Shown piece by piece: positions 20,047 through 29,268 of a stretch of 64,000 bases of DNA. The notes beneath the pieces were generated by a model. The model was not told the origin of the DNA, ran no database searches, and was given only the letters and a program-made list of their open reading frames with translations. The stretch spans positions 29,612 through 93,611 of the forward strand of contig CAWBDD010000018.1 in NCBI GenBank assembly GCA_963787465.1, written 5' to 3'. Within the stretch, counting starts at the first letter, position 1. Every line of letters begins with the position of its first letter. The DNA is from an uncultured Thermoplasmata archaeon (GTDB taxonomy: Archaea; Thermoplasmatota; Thermoplasmata; UBA10834). The position numbers were made by a program, and so were the translations under genes.

Positions 20047-22698
20047 TCACGGGGTTGGCGGCGGCGGCACTTCGCCCTTCTTCTTCCTCTTGATGAGGAT
20101 GAGGGTTGCTCCTGCCACTGCGAGAGCCGTCACGATGCCGATCACGGCAAGCGCAGCGGTGCTTATTCCGTCTCCGTCGTCGTCGCTGGTTGCTTCCACT
20201 GTCTCGATGAGGTTCATCTCGATGTCAAGCGACTCTCCAGCGACAACCGTCACGACGGTCTCGTTCGAGTCGTACCCGTCAGCCGATACCTTGAGGGTGA
20301 ACTCACCAGCAGGTAGGTACAGGAACTCGAACATTCCGTCAGTGCTCGTCATCACGGACTTGTTCTCGGTCGGGAGCATGACCACGACCGACGCATACGC
20401 GATCGGGTCGCCCGTGGCGTTGTCGTAGACATGCCCGGTCAACGTACCCGTCGTCGGCTCGAGGGTGAAGTTGAGCCAAGAGACGACACCCACCTCCAGG
20501 GTCACGTCACCTTCAGACCCTGTGAAACCAGGGGCCGTGACAGAGACATCGTATGTGCCTGGGACATCCGTCACATTGTACATACCGTCCGTGTCCGTCT
20601 TCCTGGACGATTCGCCTACGAGGACGGTAGCACCGGCAATCGGCGCTTCATCCAGGTCCTTGACGTAGCCCATTGCCCACCCGACATCGTCGCGCGCAGC
20701 GACGACCGTCACGACCAGCGTGTCTGTGTCGTTCAGTCCGCCAGGATCCGTCGCCGTCAGGGTGACTATGACATTGCCCACATTCACGAACGTGTAGCTT
20801 ACAGTGATGCCGTCGAGGGTCACCACTTCGGATGTAGGCTCCTCGAAGGTCCAGGTCCATTCCAGCGTGGTAACCGGGTCCGTCGCATCGGACGCGTTCC
20901 CCGTGAAGGACAGAGTCTCCCCGACGTAGATTGTCACGTCGTCGCCAGCGTCAGCGTCAGTCGGCGGTGCGTTCGTGCCTATCGGCGACACGTCGAAGTA
21001 GAACCACATCGTCCCCGGAGTGATGCCGGGCTGGGATTCCATGTCCGGGAAGTTGTAGAACCTGTCCGTCCTGTAGGCGTAGAGACCGAACGGGTACCAG
21101 AGCACGATGTACGGGCAGTCATTATACAGGATCTGCTGCATCTCGTTGATGATCGTCTGCCTCTCGGCCATGTCCGGGGTGTTCTGCTGCTCCACGAACA
21201 ACTCATCGTACTCAGGGTTGGTGTAGAAGGCATCCGACCATGCCGTGTAATCGTTCTGGTCTTCCGGGATCTCGTCCGTGGTCAGGACCGACAGTGCGAA
21301 GGACGGGTCGACATCGAAGTCCCACGCCCATATGTATAGGTCATACTTGCACTGGTACCAGATCGTGTACAGGTTCATCTCCGTGACACCGATTGTCGTG
21401 ATCTCCATGCCGATGGAATCGAGCCACCCCTTGATCTTGCCTGCCGCAAGCTGGTCGTCGACCTTCTCCTGCCTGTAGTAGAGAGTGAAGCTGAGCTCGG
21501 CATCTTCGTTTGTCGAGTTCTCACGGATGCCATCATCGTCGACGTCGATGTATCCAGCGGCATCGAGTGTGTCATTGGCCTTGTCTAGGTCGAACTCGAA
21601 CTCCTCGTCCTCGGTCACGTTGTAGTGCCAGAACGATGTCGCTGGCGGGATGAGCGTGCTCCCCTCCTCGGCGAGCCCCCTCAGGATCTCGTCGACGATC
21701 TGGGACTTGTCCACCGCATAGGCGATTGCCTGCCTGACCGAGAGATTCGTCGTCTCCAGGTTGTCACTCGCCGAGGGGAAGTCGTCCGACGACCTCATCC
21801 ACTCTGGGGCGCAGTTGATGCCGAGCTCGAAGATCGACATAGACTTGACCTTCTGCCCGTCGACCGACTCGGTTTCGAGAGTCTTGTCCCACGCCTTTGC
21901 GGGTACGCCTGCTGCGACGTCGATGTCGCCCGCGTAGAGCGCGGTCGTCATGGCATCGTCGGTCTTGAAGATCTGGAATATCACCTCGTCAACCTTGACG
22001 GTGTCGATGTAGTAGTCGTCGAACTTGCTGAACGTGACCACGCCGCGCACGGCGTCGTACGATTCGAGCATCAGGGGCCCTGACCCGATCGGTCCGGTAG
22101 GGAAGTACTCATCATCGAACGGATCGTGGGTAGTGAGCTCTTCGACCGGTATCAGGCTCCAGATGTGTTGCGGAAGGATCGGGACCATGATCGAAAGCAT
22201 CGTCGCCTTCGGGACCGACGTCGTGATCTGCACCGTATATCCGTCCGGGCCATCTGGGCATGAGACGTCGGTGAAGTCCTTGACATATCCGCCCCACAGG
22301 GCGCACTCCTCATCGTTGTACATGACAAGCTCGAGGGAGAACTCGACATCCTCCGCAGTGACTGCCTGACCGTCGTGCCAGGTCGCATCCTCGACAAGAT
22401 GGAATGTCCACACCGTGCCGTCGGTGTTGTGCTCCCACGACTGTGCGAGCTGCGGCCCGGGTGACAGGTCCGGCTCGACAGAGTTGAGCGTGTCATACAC
22501 CAGGAAATTGATTGTGTACGATATGCTCAGGGTCATGGCGAAGATGTTCAACGTGTCGGGGGTCTGAACATAGCCGACATACATCGTGACCGGGTCCGCG
22601 GCCACTGCCGCCTCTGCAGTCCTGATTGCTGGGGCCGCGAAGAACGCGACCGTCAGAAACGAAACACACAACGCTATCGCTACGCATCTGGACATCAT
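20047..22698 (-). CDS. dppA: Large peptide ABC substrate-binding protein with PKD-like and carboxypeptidase-regulatory-like domains and C-terminal TM
   Basis: SBP family 5 motifs (WHDGQAVTAEDV, IGSGP), then NAPPTDADAG...WTWTF PKD and GxVxDxxTGxPI repeats; start uncertain. Confidence 0.88.
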   Translation of the reverse strand: MMSRCVAIALCVSFLTVAFFAAPAIRTAEAAVAADPVTMYVGYVQTPDTLNIFAMTLSISYTINFLVYDTLNSVEPDLSPGPQLAQSWEHNTDGTVWTFHLVEDATWHDGQAVTAEDVEFSLELVMYNDEECALWGGYVKDFTDVSCPDGPDGYTVQITTSVPKATMLSIMVPILPQHIWSLIPVEELTTHDPFDDEYFPTGPIGSGPLMLESYDAVRGVVTFSKFDDYYIDTVKVDEVIFQIFKTDDAMTTALYAGDIDVAAGVPAKAWDKTLETESVDGQKVKSMSIFELGINCAPEWMRSSDDFPSASDNLETTNLSVRQAIAYAVDKSQIVDEILRGLAEEGSTLIPPATSFWHYNVTEDEEFEFDLDKANDTLDAAGYIDVDDDGIRENSTNEDAELSFTLYYRQEKVDDQLAAGKIKGWLDSIGMEITTIGVTEMNLYTIWYQCKYDLYIWAWDFDVDPSFALSVLTTDEIPEDQNDYTAWSDAFYTNPEYDELFVEQQNTPDMAERQTIINEMQQILYNDCPYIVLWYPFGLYAYRTDRFYNFPDMESQPGITPGTMWFYFDVSPIGTNAPPTDADAGDDVTIYVGETLSFTGNASDATDPVTTLEWTWTFEEPTSEVVTLDGITVSYTFVNVGNVIVTLTATDPGGLNDTDTLVVTVVAARDDVGWAMGYVKDLDEAPIAGATVLVGESSRKTDTDGMYNVTDVPGTYDVSVTAPGFTGSEGDVTLEVGVVSWLNFTLEPTTGTLTGHVYDNATGDPIAYASVVVMLPTENKSVMTSTDGMFEFLYLPAGEFTLKVSADGYDSNETVVTVVAGESLDIEMNLIETVEATSDDDGDGISTAALAVIGIVTALAVAGATLILIKRKKKGEVPPPPTP

Positions 22699-22971
22699 GG
22701 ATGACCAATTTGCCAATGTACCGCTCTCCCCTCTCAACTTGCCGCAGGGCAGCAGGTCAAAGACCTTCCGCCCCCGCAAGCGCTTCTCTCCGCGAAACCT
22801 CACGACACTATATTAACATGCGCTCGTGCGACAAGAGTCTGGCCGTCGAAATCGAATTAGACTGTCGATTATTGTCACGGAACATCGTCGCACGGTGATT
22901 CTTCGAGATGCGTTCAGGCTCGACGGACTCACCGCAAACCTCTTTTATAGTGGGGTCCGTATTGGACGCTC

Positions 22972-23280
22972 GCTAGGCTCGACCGGGACGTTCGGCGTGT
23001 CCTTGTACACCGAAATCGTCGATAGCGGGGGTGACAGCTGGGGACGTCGTAACCGAACCGGCGCCGGTCCAGTTACCGACTGTGAGGCCCTGTCCGATGG
23101 GGTTGAAGGTGGCTCTGCGTGCCTGCCGGAGGGTAGGCATCTCTGCCTTCGCTGCGGAGATCGGGTCAGGCCCTGACGGGAACAGCCTTACCGTGGACTC
23201 GCAACGCTCATCGGGAAGCGGGGCCGAGGAGGTTTCTGGGTAGCCGACGCAGGGGAGGCCGGCAACTCCAGTGGCCTAGC
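22972..23280 (+). ncRNA. ffs: Archaeal SRP (7S) RNA
   Basis: ~309 nt; 5' GCTAGGC pairs with 3' GCCTAGC; helix-8 motif TCAGG-CCC-TGAC-GGG-AACAG; TATA TTTTATA at 22943; T-rich 3' end. Confidence 0.85.
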
Positions 23281-23309
23281 ACTTCTTTTCCACTCACATC
23301 GGTCGATCG

Positions 23310-24569
23310 TCACGTCCAGTAGGACTCGAGGAACTCCAGCCATCCGGTCTCGGAGAACGCGTACGCCTCATAGAGGTCCGTCGACACGAATGATTCCTGA
23401 GGCACCCATATCCCGAGGCCGTTCTGGAAATCGTCCGACACGTGCGAGTCCGCGATCCCCACCACGACTTCCGACAGGCTCCGCAGCACTCCGCTGCACG
23501 CATCTCGGACCTGCGAAGATGCGATGCGCTCTGCTATCGTCTCGACGAAGACCTGGATGTCCACGAAACCAGTGGACTTCTCGCCCCAGAGTATGTTGGC
23601 CTGGCACGCGGCGTAGTGCACCACGGAATCCGGGGCGTCCTTGAGCGCCTGCGCGAGCGAGGACAGCGAATCCTTCAGGCCGTCGAGTTTGGCCATGTCA
23701 ACCGCCGTGTGAGACGTCACGAGTTCTGACATGAACGGCGGGTCGAGGAAGTACTCGTAGGTCGTCGCGACTATGATCTCGGACAGCTCCCGAGGCGTGA
23801 CCCCGGGGGTGCTGAGTCCTTCGAGGATCTCGTCGTACAGGAAGCCCCTCCAGCCCGTGTAGCATTCGGCGAGCACGGCATAGCTGAGCTGCGGCAGGCC
23901 CACGTGGTACTCCCAGGCCACCTCCATCTGACCGGTCATGCACTCATCCGTCGCGATGAGATCGACGGGATGATCCTTCAGCGCCGACACGACCTCCCAG
24001 TGCGTCAGCCAGTTCGGCTCGGCGTCCGATCCGGTGTTATCGTCCCATGCGACACCCTCCGGCGAACCGTGGTCCCAGAAGATGATACAGGTCTTGGTCG
24101 CCTCAGACAAGCCCTCCGTGAACGTCACGAACCGCTCCAGCACCTCCGGCGACCCCATGTCGACCTCCACCCCGCTCAGACCTTCGCAGGTCAGTGGGTC
24201 CATCGACCCGGGATACACCTTCCAAACGGAGGCCGTGTCCTCGTACCGGTCCATAAGGACGAAGGCATCGACATAGTCGCCTGAGCCTACGCTCATGAGC
24301 TCGTCCAAGTCGATCTGCACGATGTCCTCATGATAGATGCCGGCCTCGATGTCGAGGCTGTTGTCCGCGTCCAGGTATATCAGCACCTTCCACTCGACCG
24401 CGGAGGTCTCCTCCGCTGCGACCGAGCTCAAGCACACAAGCGATGCAATCAGTCCGACCAATAGTGCGACCGGTTTCCTAGCCCTAATGCTCGCTCCCCC
24501 CCGATGTCGTCGGTCCCCAGGCCGACTGACGACGGTATCTCTCCGCGCGTATATGTCACTTGCTCGCAC
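23310..24569 (-). CDS. Secreted clostripain-family (C11) cysteine peptidase
   Basis: WKVLIYLDADNSL, FWDHG and TDECM His/Cys dyad; signal-like segment; start uncertain. Confidence 0.85.
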   Translation of the reverse strand: MRASDIYARRDTVVSRPGDRRHRGGASIRARKPVALLVGLIASLVCLSSVAAEETSAVEWKVLIYLDADNSLDIEAGIYHEDIVQIDLDELMSVGSGDYVDAFVLMDRYEDTASVWKVYPGSMDPLTCEGLSGVEVDMGSPEVLERFVTFTEGLSEATKTCIIFWDHGSPEGVAWDDNTGSDAEPNWLTHWEVVSALKDHPVDLIATDECMTGQMEVAWEYHVGLPQLSYAVLAECYTGWRGFLYDEILEGLSTPGVTPRELSEIIVATTYEYFLDPPFMSELVTSHTAVDMAKLDGLKDSLSSLAQALKDAPDSVVHYAACQANILWGEKSTGFVDIQVFVETIAERIASSQVRDACSGVLRSLSEVVVGIADSHVSDDFQNGLGIWVPQESFVSTDLYEAYAFSETGWLEFLESYWT

Positions 24570-24809
24570 GCCACAGGCAGTGCCGCATGTCGATCAGAAT
24601 GATGAGATGAAGAGAGAGTCGAGCACGGCGGGGACCGCAGCGTGACAGTCCCCTTTTACTAGCTGAACCTACCCGAGCGTTTAGGCGCCCTCTCGGATTG
24701 GTTGCTAACCGCTGAGTTGCCGTGTTTCTCGCTCTCTAACATCACATAACGCTGTCGCAGGTATATGTTTTGCGGGGCACGCCGCACCGCACGCGCCCCC
24801 CAGGTCTGG

Positions 24810-25796
24810 CTACAACTTCCTGCCCCGGACACGTTCGTTGGACGACCGGCAGCCAAAGGTGTCCTCCGTCAGGTCGAACAAGGTCCTCCGGGCGCGGCCC
24901 ATCTGCAATTCGAGCCGACTTCCGGACATGATCCGCCCGCAGACTTCCGCGCCGAACCCGGCCGCCCTGAAGGAGCGCACCACGGACCTGGATCTCGCAG
25001 GCGCTGTCGTCACAACGAACCCGCAGCCCTGATACGCGGTCAGCCACTGCAGCAAGCTGACGCCCTTCGGCCGCGGGAGCATCGCGATTCGAACCTCCGC
25101 CCCGACCCCGCTCGACTCGATGAGCATGCCCAGGGTCCCCAGCGCGCCCGGGTTGCTGATGTCCTTCCCCGCCGTCAGCGATGGCGCCAGCCGGTGCATC
25201 GTCCTCACGCGGGACCGCACCTCGCGCGCGGTCTTGTGAGTGGTCGTGTCCCACGAGTAGGGCAGTCCCTTCGTGAACCGTCCATCAAGGTCAATGGCGT
25301 AGACGATGTCGTCCCCGGGCGAGGCGCCACTGCTGAGCAGGAGATGTTTCTTGTCGGTCCTCCCGAGGACCGCGACGTCCACCGCAGAGTAGGCCGTGTC
25401 CGGGTGCAGGTGCCCCCCGACCACGGGGACCCCGAACTTCTCGCTGGCGTCGGCCATCCCCGATACGATCTTCCTCCTTGCGCCCTCATCACCGCACGAG
25501 ATTATGTCGACTAGCGCGACCGGGATGCCGCCCATCGCCGCTATGTCGTTGACGTTCACAAGCACGGAGCAGTAGCCCGCCCAGTAAGGATTCTTCTCGA
25601 CCAGGTCCTGCATGATCCCGTCTGCCGCCAGCAGGAGCACCTCGTCCCCCACTTCGATTGCCGCCGCATCCTCCCCGCAAGATGCGAGGACGCCTTGCGC
25701 CGGATGTATGAGGGCCGCCGCGACCGAGGCTACGGGCCCCTTCCTCGTCACGCCTCTGTATGACCGGACATGCTCCACGATCGCATCGAGTTCCAC
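24810..25796 (-). CDS. AIR-synthase-like protein, methanogenesis marker protein 2 family
   Basis: GEDAAAI, AADGI, AGYCSVLVNVNDIAAMGG, GGHLHPD and GKDISNPG motifs; GTG start inferred. Confidence 0.8.
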   Translation of the reverse strand: MELDAIVEHVRSYRGVTRKGPVASVAAALIHPAQGVLASCGEDAAAIEVGDEVLLLAADGIMQDLVEKNPYWAGYCSVLVNVNDIAAMGGIPVALVDIISCGDEGARRKIVSGMADASEKFGVPVVGGHLHPDTAYSAVDVAVLGRTDKKHLLLSSGASPGDDIVYAIDLDGRFTKGLPYSWDTTTHKTAREVRSRVRTMHRLAPSLTAGKDISNPGALGTLGMLIESSGVGAEVRIAMLPRPKGVSLLQWLTAYQGCGFVVTTAPARSRSVVRSFRAAGFGAEVCGRIMSGSRLELQMGRARRTLFDLTEDTFGCRSSNERVRGRKL

Positions 25797-25833
25797 GCGC
25801 CGAGAATGCCACCGTGAGGGATAAAAGGGTTCC

Positions 25834-26409
25834 TCAGAGCTTGGTCTGCGTCGTCTCCTTGAGGAACTGGCGCGCGTTGAACCGCTCGACGACGACATCT
25901 GCAAGGACACGCAGGTACTGCTCGTCCAGGTCCTTCTCGACGATCGTGGGGATGTCACTGTTGGGGACCTTGTACCCCAGCCTCGTCAGGACCACCTTCG
26001 CCTCCGTCCTCTCCTCGACCGTCGCCTTCCTCCCGTCCACGGCCCCGTCCAGCCCGCAGCGCTTTACCTCCATGTCGAAGACCGAGCGCTTGAAGAGCTT
26101 CTGAAGGCAGTAGGCGGCGAGGGTTGCACGCTCGTCGGCGGTCATTGCGACCGCACAGCTCGCTTCGCCCACCATCTCGTACATGTTCTTCTCACGTGTG
26201 GCCGACACCGAAAAGACCTTCGCGGGCTTGATGTCCTTCGCCCTGAGGATGTTCATGTCTGCCAGCGCTTTCAGGTAGCCTGTGAGCTCCAGCCTGTGGA
26301 GCTTGACCCCGCGGCTGTTCAGCTCCCTGCAGACCCCGCTGATGGACGCCGGGTCCCTCTTCAGTATCTCCAGGACCAGCTCCCTCAGGTCCTTCTCAGG
26401 TGAGAACAT
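25834..26409 (-). CDS. Hypothetical protein with N-terminal winged-helix
   Basis: SISGVCREL...HRLELTGYLKAL. Confidence 0.7.
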   Translation of the reverse strand: MFSPEKDLRELVLEILKRDPASISGVCRELNSRGVKLHRLELTGYLKALADMNILRAKDIKPAKVFSVSATREKNMYEMVGEASCAVAMTADERATLAAYCLQKLFKRSVFDMEVKRCGLDGAVDGRKATVEERTEAKVVLTRLGYKVPNSDIPTIVEKDLDEQYLRVLADVVVERFNARQFLKETTQTKL

Positions 26410-26454
26410 GGGAACGAACCTGGTAACAGATTGGGTAATAAAACCCTTTTGGGC

Positions 26455-28053
26455 CTAGAACCTCGGACCGACCAACTGCCAGACTATCAAGGTCAGCACG
26501 AACAGCGACAGCACGAGTATCAGGTTCCCGACGGCCTTCTCCCTCTGTTCCTTCGTGCTCTTGGGAAGCAGCCGCGAGAACAGATAGTCCGCGCCGTCTC
26601 TGAAGATGTATCCGCCGTCCAACGGCACTGCCGGGAGGACGTTGGTGAGTCCGACCATCAGGTTCAGCCAGAATATCCAGTACATGGAGTTGGCCACAAT
26701 CCAGAACGCTGACTCTGGCATCCATTCCAGGGCCCCACCCGTTGTGTACATGTCCGTGATCGGGGCGCGGACGGGTGCGAGGTCCAGGAACGGAAGGGCG
26801 ATCAGTCTCAACCATGAGTGGGAGAAGTCTGTCAGATCCGAATCGCCGGCGAACGGGTGCGCCAAGACATTGGAGTAGTAGTCCGAATCGTACGCGTAGA
26901 GGCCGAGTGACAGGAAGCCAGCGCCTATCGAACCCCGGCCCATGTGCCAGTCCTCGTTGTCATCAGGATAGTACTCGCCGTAGAACTCATACCGGTCCGA
27001 GAGGACGATGTGTGTGATGTCGGGGTCGACGACGAACGACTCGTTCACCTCGTCGTAGCTCATGACGGATATGCTGACGTTCTGATCAGCGCTCGTTGAG
27101 TTCAGCGCCAATGTCAGATCGTCGATCGAACCGATCTCGGTCCCGTTGAGGGCTATCAGGACCATGCCAGGCTCCAGACCGCACGCGTCGCCCGCATAGC
27201 CGTCCGTGACGAACGCCACGACGACTCCGTCGACGACCCCATCCGTGGTTCGCAGCTCGCCTCCGTAATAGTACTGCACGGAGACGATGGCACCTGGTTC
27301 CGGGGCGTCCCTGTCGCTCACGTCATCGGCAGAAGTTATCGCGTCTCCGCCGACTGAGACTATAACACTCGACGGCTCGATCCCCGCCAGATTGGCCGGG
27401 GACTCCTCGACGACGCCTACCGCCAGCGCTCCGTCGTGCACCGGTTCGAGCGTCGAGAGCATGCCAGTGAAGAGGGCGAGGACGACCATTGCGGTTATGA
27501 TGTTGCTCGCGGGGCCGGCGGCGTAGAGCTTGGCCCGCTTGGATCGCGAGGTCCTCTTCGCCTCTTCTTCGTCGGGCTCGACGAACGCGCCCATCGGAAA
27601 GACCAGGAAGAGTAGACCCAGCGAGTTGACCTTGATGGACGCCATCCGGCTCATCACGCCGTGCGCGAGCTCGTGCACGATTATCGCGACAGCGAGACCA
27701 AGGATGCCGTACCAGAGAGGGATGACCGGGTTCAGGCCCGGGATCCCGAGGATCAGCTCCGGCGAGGGCGCCACGTCGATCTGGGATACGATGGTGGCCT
27801 CCCAGACAAGGAGCAGCATTATGAGGAACATCGCACCCGCACATATCCATAGCGACAGCTTTCCGTAGATGTTCCAGATGCGCTTCTTGGATGCGACCTT
27901 CTCTATGAAGTCCCGGCCGCGCTTGGTCTTCCACATGAGGAAAGGCCCGTACATGCTCATGCCGTGCCTTTCGAGCCGCTTCGTCCTGTGCAGTAGGTAA
28001 AGCCCGACAATCCACGAAACGAACACGACCAGCGCGATGAGATAACCGTTCAT
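26455..28053 (-). CDS. Site-2 (M50) membrane metalloprotease with PDZ domains
   Basis: HELAH, AAGPASN, NVLPAVPLDGG; SPANLAGI PDZ. Confidence 0.92.
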   Translation of the reverse strand: MNGYLIALVVFVSWIVGLYLLHRTKRLERHGMSMYGPFLMWKTKRGRDFIEKVASKKRIWNIYGKLSLWICAGAMFLIMLLLVWEATIVSQIDVAPSPELILGIPGLNPVIPLWYGILGLAVAIIVHELAHGVMSRMASIKVNSLGLLFLVFPMGAFVEPDEEEAKRTSRSKRAKLYAAGPASNIITAMVVLALFTGMLSTLEPVHDGALAVGVVEESPANLAGIEPSSVIVSVGGDAITSADDVSDRDAPEPGAIVSVQYYYGGELRTTDGVVDGVVVAFVTDGYAGDACGLEPGMVLIALNGTEIGSIDDLTLALNSTSADQNVSISVMSYDEVNESFVVDPDITHIVLSDRYEFYGEYYPDDNEDWHMGRGSIGAGFLSLGLYAYDSDYYSNVLAHPFAGDSDLTDFSHSWLRLIALPFLDLAPVRAPITDMYTTGGALEWMPESAFWIVANSMYWIFWLNLMVGLTNVLPAVPLDGGYIFRDGADYLFSRLLPKSTKEQREKAVGNLILVLSLFVLTLIVWQLVGPRF

Positions 28054-28089
28054 CTGACGAACCGCTTCCAGGCGATGCGGGTACGTCTA

Positions 28090-28521
28090 TTAATTGGTTT
28101 CATCGTGCTTCTGCGAGCCGCCCTGGCCGTCCATGGGCTCCGACCTGTGCCGGGCCCATTCCTCGTCGGAGAGCTGAGAGTATACGTCCAGCGGCGCATG
28201 GTCGGCCTTCGGGGCCTCCTCCTCGGCACTGGCCAGCCTGACGATCTGATCCTTCTTGAGGATCCAGAAGTGGATGCGCCAGAGCTTGCCCTTCTTCAGG
28301 AGAACCTCCTCCTGTGTGCTGGTCAGCAGACCTGCCTCCTCCAGCATGTAGAACACGTCGCGGTCCTCTGAGGTGAGCCTGTTGTCTATGACCTCTTCTG
28401 TGTATCCGAAGAAGCTCATGAGGTACTCCGCGAGGCGCTTGATCTCGTCGTCGGACATGCCCTTCTTCCCGACGGTCCTCTTGAGTGCCTTCTCTACCTG
28501 TTGCATAGTGACAACAGTCAT
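28090..28521 (-). CDS. Conserved Thermoplasmata protein (DUF6015-like)
   Basis: FFGYTEEVIDNRL...DRDVFYMLEEAGLL...WRIHFW. Confidence 0.75.
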   Translation of the reverse strand: MTVVTMQQVEKALKRTVGKKGMSDDEIKRLAEYLMSFFGYTEEVIDNRLTSEDRDVFYMLEEAGLLTSTQEEVLLKKGKLWRIHFWILKKDQIVRLASAEEEAPKADHAPLDVYSQLSDEEWARHRSEPMDGQGGSQKHDETN

Positions 28522-28574
28522 CCCTATCCCAGCATGGCAACTGAGTTCGTGGCTAAAAACGTGTCGTACCGGTA

Positions 28575-29258
28575 TCAGCCGAATATATCGTCGCAGCCGC
28601 TAACCTTGGCCACGCGCACGCCATCTATCGCCAACTTGTCGAGGACGACCTTCGCCCATTTGAGCTTCCTGCGCTTGAGCTCGCCGTCCTTCCCTGGTTT
28701 CTTCGACGGTTCCTCGAAATCGAACCCAGCCAGGAGGACCCTGCGCGCCCCCAACGCCGCACATATGCACGCGGCGCGGTCGCCGTCCGTGAAACCCCCG
28801 AAGTTGAACAGGCCCTCGACCGGCGGGCACTGGCACGTGCCCACGATTGGGTCGACGAACCTCGGGACATACCTCTTCACCGCGTCCATGTTGTCCCCGT
28901 GTGCGTGCACGAACATCGCGCTCCCCCTGGAGTTCGCTTCAATCTGTTCCTCGACGATGCCGTCGAGGTCAGTGACGATCATGTTCGGCAAGATGCCTGC
29001 CTCTAGCAAGGTGCTAGTCGCCGAGTCCGCGGCGACGATGTATCCCTCGAACTTCATGGAAGAGACCTCGTCGGCGAGGCACTTTGCGGCACCGCAGACG
29101 GTCACGGTCTGGGGGAAGAGCGGGTGGACCTTCTCGATCGATTGTCGGCCCCTGTCCCCGATGAGAGATGCCAGGAGCTGGGCGCTCTCAATATCCTTCT
29201 CCTCGCTGTAGCCGAAGTCCTTGCATATGGTGCGATAGATTGGGAGCCAGATAGACAT
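28575..29258 (-). CDS. mptE: 6-hydroxymethyl-7,8-dihydropterin pyrophosphokinase
   Basis: VAADSA, VTDLDG, HAHGDN, GGFTDGDRA, KRRKLKWA. Confidence 0.9.
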   Translation of the reverse strand: MSIWLPIYRTICKDFGYSEEKDIESAQLLASLIGDRGRQSIEKVHPLFPQTVTVCGAAKCLADEVSSMKFEGYIVAADSATSTLLEAGILPNMIVTDLDGIVEEQIEANSRGSAMFVHAHGDNMDAVKRYVPRFVDPIVGTCQCPPVEGLFNFGGFTDGDRAACICAALGARRVLLAGFDFEEPSKKPGKDGELKRRKLKWAKVVLDKLAIDGVRVAKVSGCDDIFG

Positions 29259-29268
29259 CCTCAGAGTG

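Noticed and set aside
24640..24760. c-di-AMP or c-di-GMP riboswitch resemblance (GCTGAACC...GCTAACC; CCTAAAC...GTAGG)
   Set aside because: Too short and missing the other conserved elements; kept only as an unclassified hairpin.
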